DNA of 64,000 nucleotides. Origin: a bacterium. GTDB taxonomy: Bacteria > SAR324 > NAC60-12. The notes beneath the pieces were generated by a model. It saw nothing but the letters and a program-made list of their open reading frames with translations, searched no databases and had not been told where the DNA came from. Position 1 is the first letter of the stretch; each line of letters starts with the position of its first letter. The stretch lies in assembly GCA_965209155.1 (NCBI GenBank), contig OZ242383.1:2560001-2624000 (forward strand), given 5' to 3'. Positions 62,463 to 64,000 of this stretch are shown here, one piece after another. The position numbers and the translations under genes were made by a program.

Positions 62463-63749
62463 ATGAGTTCGGTTCCCTCTCTCAAATTAACGGGACAGCC
62501 CGAGGAAAATTGGGTTGAGCGCGTCCGCTTCGATTTTCCCATACTGCGACGAAGGGTGCGCGGTCATCCCCTGGCATACCTCGACAACGCCGCCACTACT
62601 CAAAAACCCCGGCAAGTGATCGAAGCGCTGGTACGTTTTTATGAGCAGCACAATGCCAACGTTCATCGAGGAGTCTACACGCTCTCAGAAGAAGCATCGC
62701 AAAAATACGAAGAGGCCCGTGAAAAAGTTGCGAATTTTATTCATGCGTCTTCAGCTCGTTCGATTGTGTTTACGCGAGGAACGACGGAATCGATCAACCT
62801 GGTTGCTCATAGCTGGCTCAAACCGAGGCTCGAACCTGGTGATCAAATTCTGGTCAGCAGAATGGAACACCATTCCAACCTGGTCCCCTGGCAAATGGCA
62901 GCACGGGAGAAAAGGGCTCGCATTCGATATATTCCCCTGACCCCGCAGGGTAGCCTGGATTTGAATGCGTTCGAGCATTGCATCACCCCCGGCACTCGTA
63001 TGCTGGCCCTTTGTCATATCTCAAATGTACTGGGCAGTCGCAATCCCCTGGAAGAGGTCATCGAAATCGCCCGTAGTCGCCAAATTCCGGTATTGGTCGA
63101 TGCCGCTCAGTCCGTAAGCCGTACCAAGGTGGATGTGGCTGCCTTGGATTGTGACTTCCTGGCGTTTTCTTCCCACAAAATGTATGGCCCCACCGGTATT
63201 GGCGTACTTTACGGCAAAACTCGTTTTCTTGGTGAAATGGAACCGTTGATGGGAGGGGGAGGCATGATTCGTCAGGTCGGGGAGGAGCAATCCGTATGGA
63301 CGGATTTCCCTGCAAAGTTTGAAGCAGGAACCCCTCCACTGGCGGAAGCGGTCGGGTTGGCTGCCGCGATTGATTATCTCGAGGCCATCGGCATGGATAA
63401 CATTGAACGGCATGAGCGAAAGCTGATGGCCCACGCCCTGGCGCTCCTTCGACAATTTCCCGGGGTGACGATTTATCCTCCCCTGGACTGCCACCAGAAA
63501 ATCGGAGTACTCTCTTTCAACATTGGAGACGTACATCCTCACGACGTGGCCCAAATTCTGGACTCTGAAGGAGTGGCAGTCCGTGCCGGCCACCATTGCG
63601 CCCAACCGCTTATGCGTACTTTGGGAGTATCCTCCACCGTCCGCCTGAGCTTTGCCCTTTACAACATCCTCTCCGACATCGACCAACTGGCGCGGGGTTT
63701 GGAGAAGGTGCGTGACATTTTTTTGCGGAATGGAGCGCCATTTCCGTAG
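62463..63749 (+). CDS. sufS: SufS-family cysteine desulfurase
   Basis: YLDNAATTQKP, EHHSN, SSHKMYGP, RAGHHCA. Confidence 0.92.
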   Translation: MSSVPSLKLTGQPEENWVERVRFDFPILRRRVRGHPLAYLDNAATTQKPRQVIEALVRFYEQHNANVHRGVYTLSEEASQKYEEAREKVANFIHASSARSIVFTRGTTESINLVAHSWLKPRLEPGDQILVSRMEHHSNLVPWQMAAREKRARIRYIPLTPQGSLDLNAFEHCITPGTRMLALCHISNVLGSRNPLEEVIEIARSRQIPVLVDAAQSVSRTKVDVAALDCDFLAFSSHKMYGPTGIGVLYGKTRFLGEMEPLMGGGGMIRQVGEEQSVWTDFPAKFEAGTPPLAEAVGLAAAIDYLEAIGMDNIERHERKLMAHALALLRQFPGVTIYPPLDCHQKIGVLSFNIGDVHPHDVAQILDSEGVAVRAGHHCAQPLMRTLGVSSTVRLSFALYNILSDIDQLARGLEKVRDIFLRNGAPFP

Positions 63750-63762
63750 CATAAGTGCCGGA

Positions 63763-64000
63763 CTACTTCCAATAGTACAAGATTTCCCCTGGTTTGTTGA
63801 TCAATACCTGCGCACCATTGGCTTGTAATTCTTCCCTGGGACGAAATCCCCAGAGAACGCCAACGGCCAACATATGGGCGGCGTTGGCCGTTTTCATATC
63901 CGTACCGGTATCGCCCAGGTAAAGAAATGATTCCGGAGGAATATCGAGACTTTGCGCGATCTCCAGAGCCCCGGTGGGGTCGGGTTTGCCTGGTAAATCG
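63763..64000 (-). CDS. HAD hydrolase (phosphoglycolate phosphatase-like), 5' part outside window
   Basis: Manual translation KPDPTGAL..YLGDTGTDMKTA..GVLWGFR. Confidence 0.85.
   Translation of the reverse strand, partial: DLPGKPDPTGALEIAQSLDIPPESFLYLGDTGTDMKTANAAHMLAVGVLWGFRPREELQANGAQVLINKPGEILYYWK

Overview
Gram-negative bacterial chromosome segment; the taxon cannot be determined from this window. The left half (~1-31 kb) and 44.8-53.4 kb are accessory, repeat-saturated DNA. They hold a TbpB-like lipoprotein + Slam pair with three further slam fragments, three hicBA loci, eight small coiled-coil/C-terminal-TM genes, a Septu-like ATPase-HNH pair, several IS remnants and a frameshifted ABC binding protein. 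The rest is housekeeping: mlaA-mlaC-MMPL, lysA, oadGAB, peroxiredoxin, lpxD, arfB, and a 2-PGK/apgM/purC/NadD-PncC/mocA/xdhC/sufS run. The most striking feature is nine intact copies of a 562-bp transposase-less element. It has IS200/IS605-like hairpin ends, inserts 3' of a conserved TRAYT pentamer without duplication, and carries a 115-aa four-helix-bundle (23S-IVP/bAvd-like) gene inside a perfect 20-bp inverted repeat. It occurs as monomers and as two kinds of tandem dimer. Intergenic DNA is built from a fixed grammar of GGCACAAA 8-mers, CTGATAA 7-mers, GTCATTCC..GGAATCC palindromes and GGGGTCA motifs. All family assignments come from motif recognition, not database searches.
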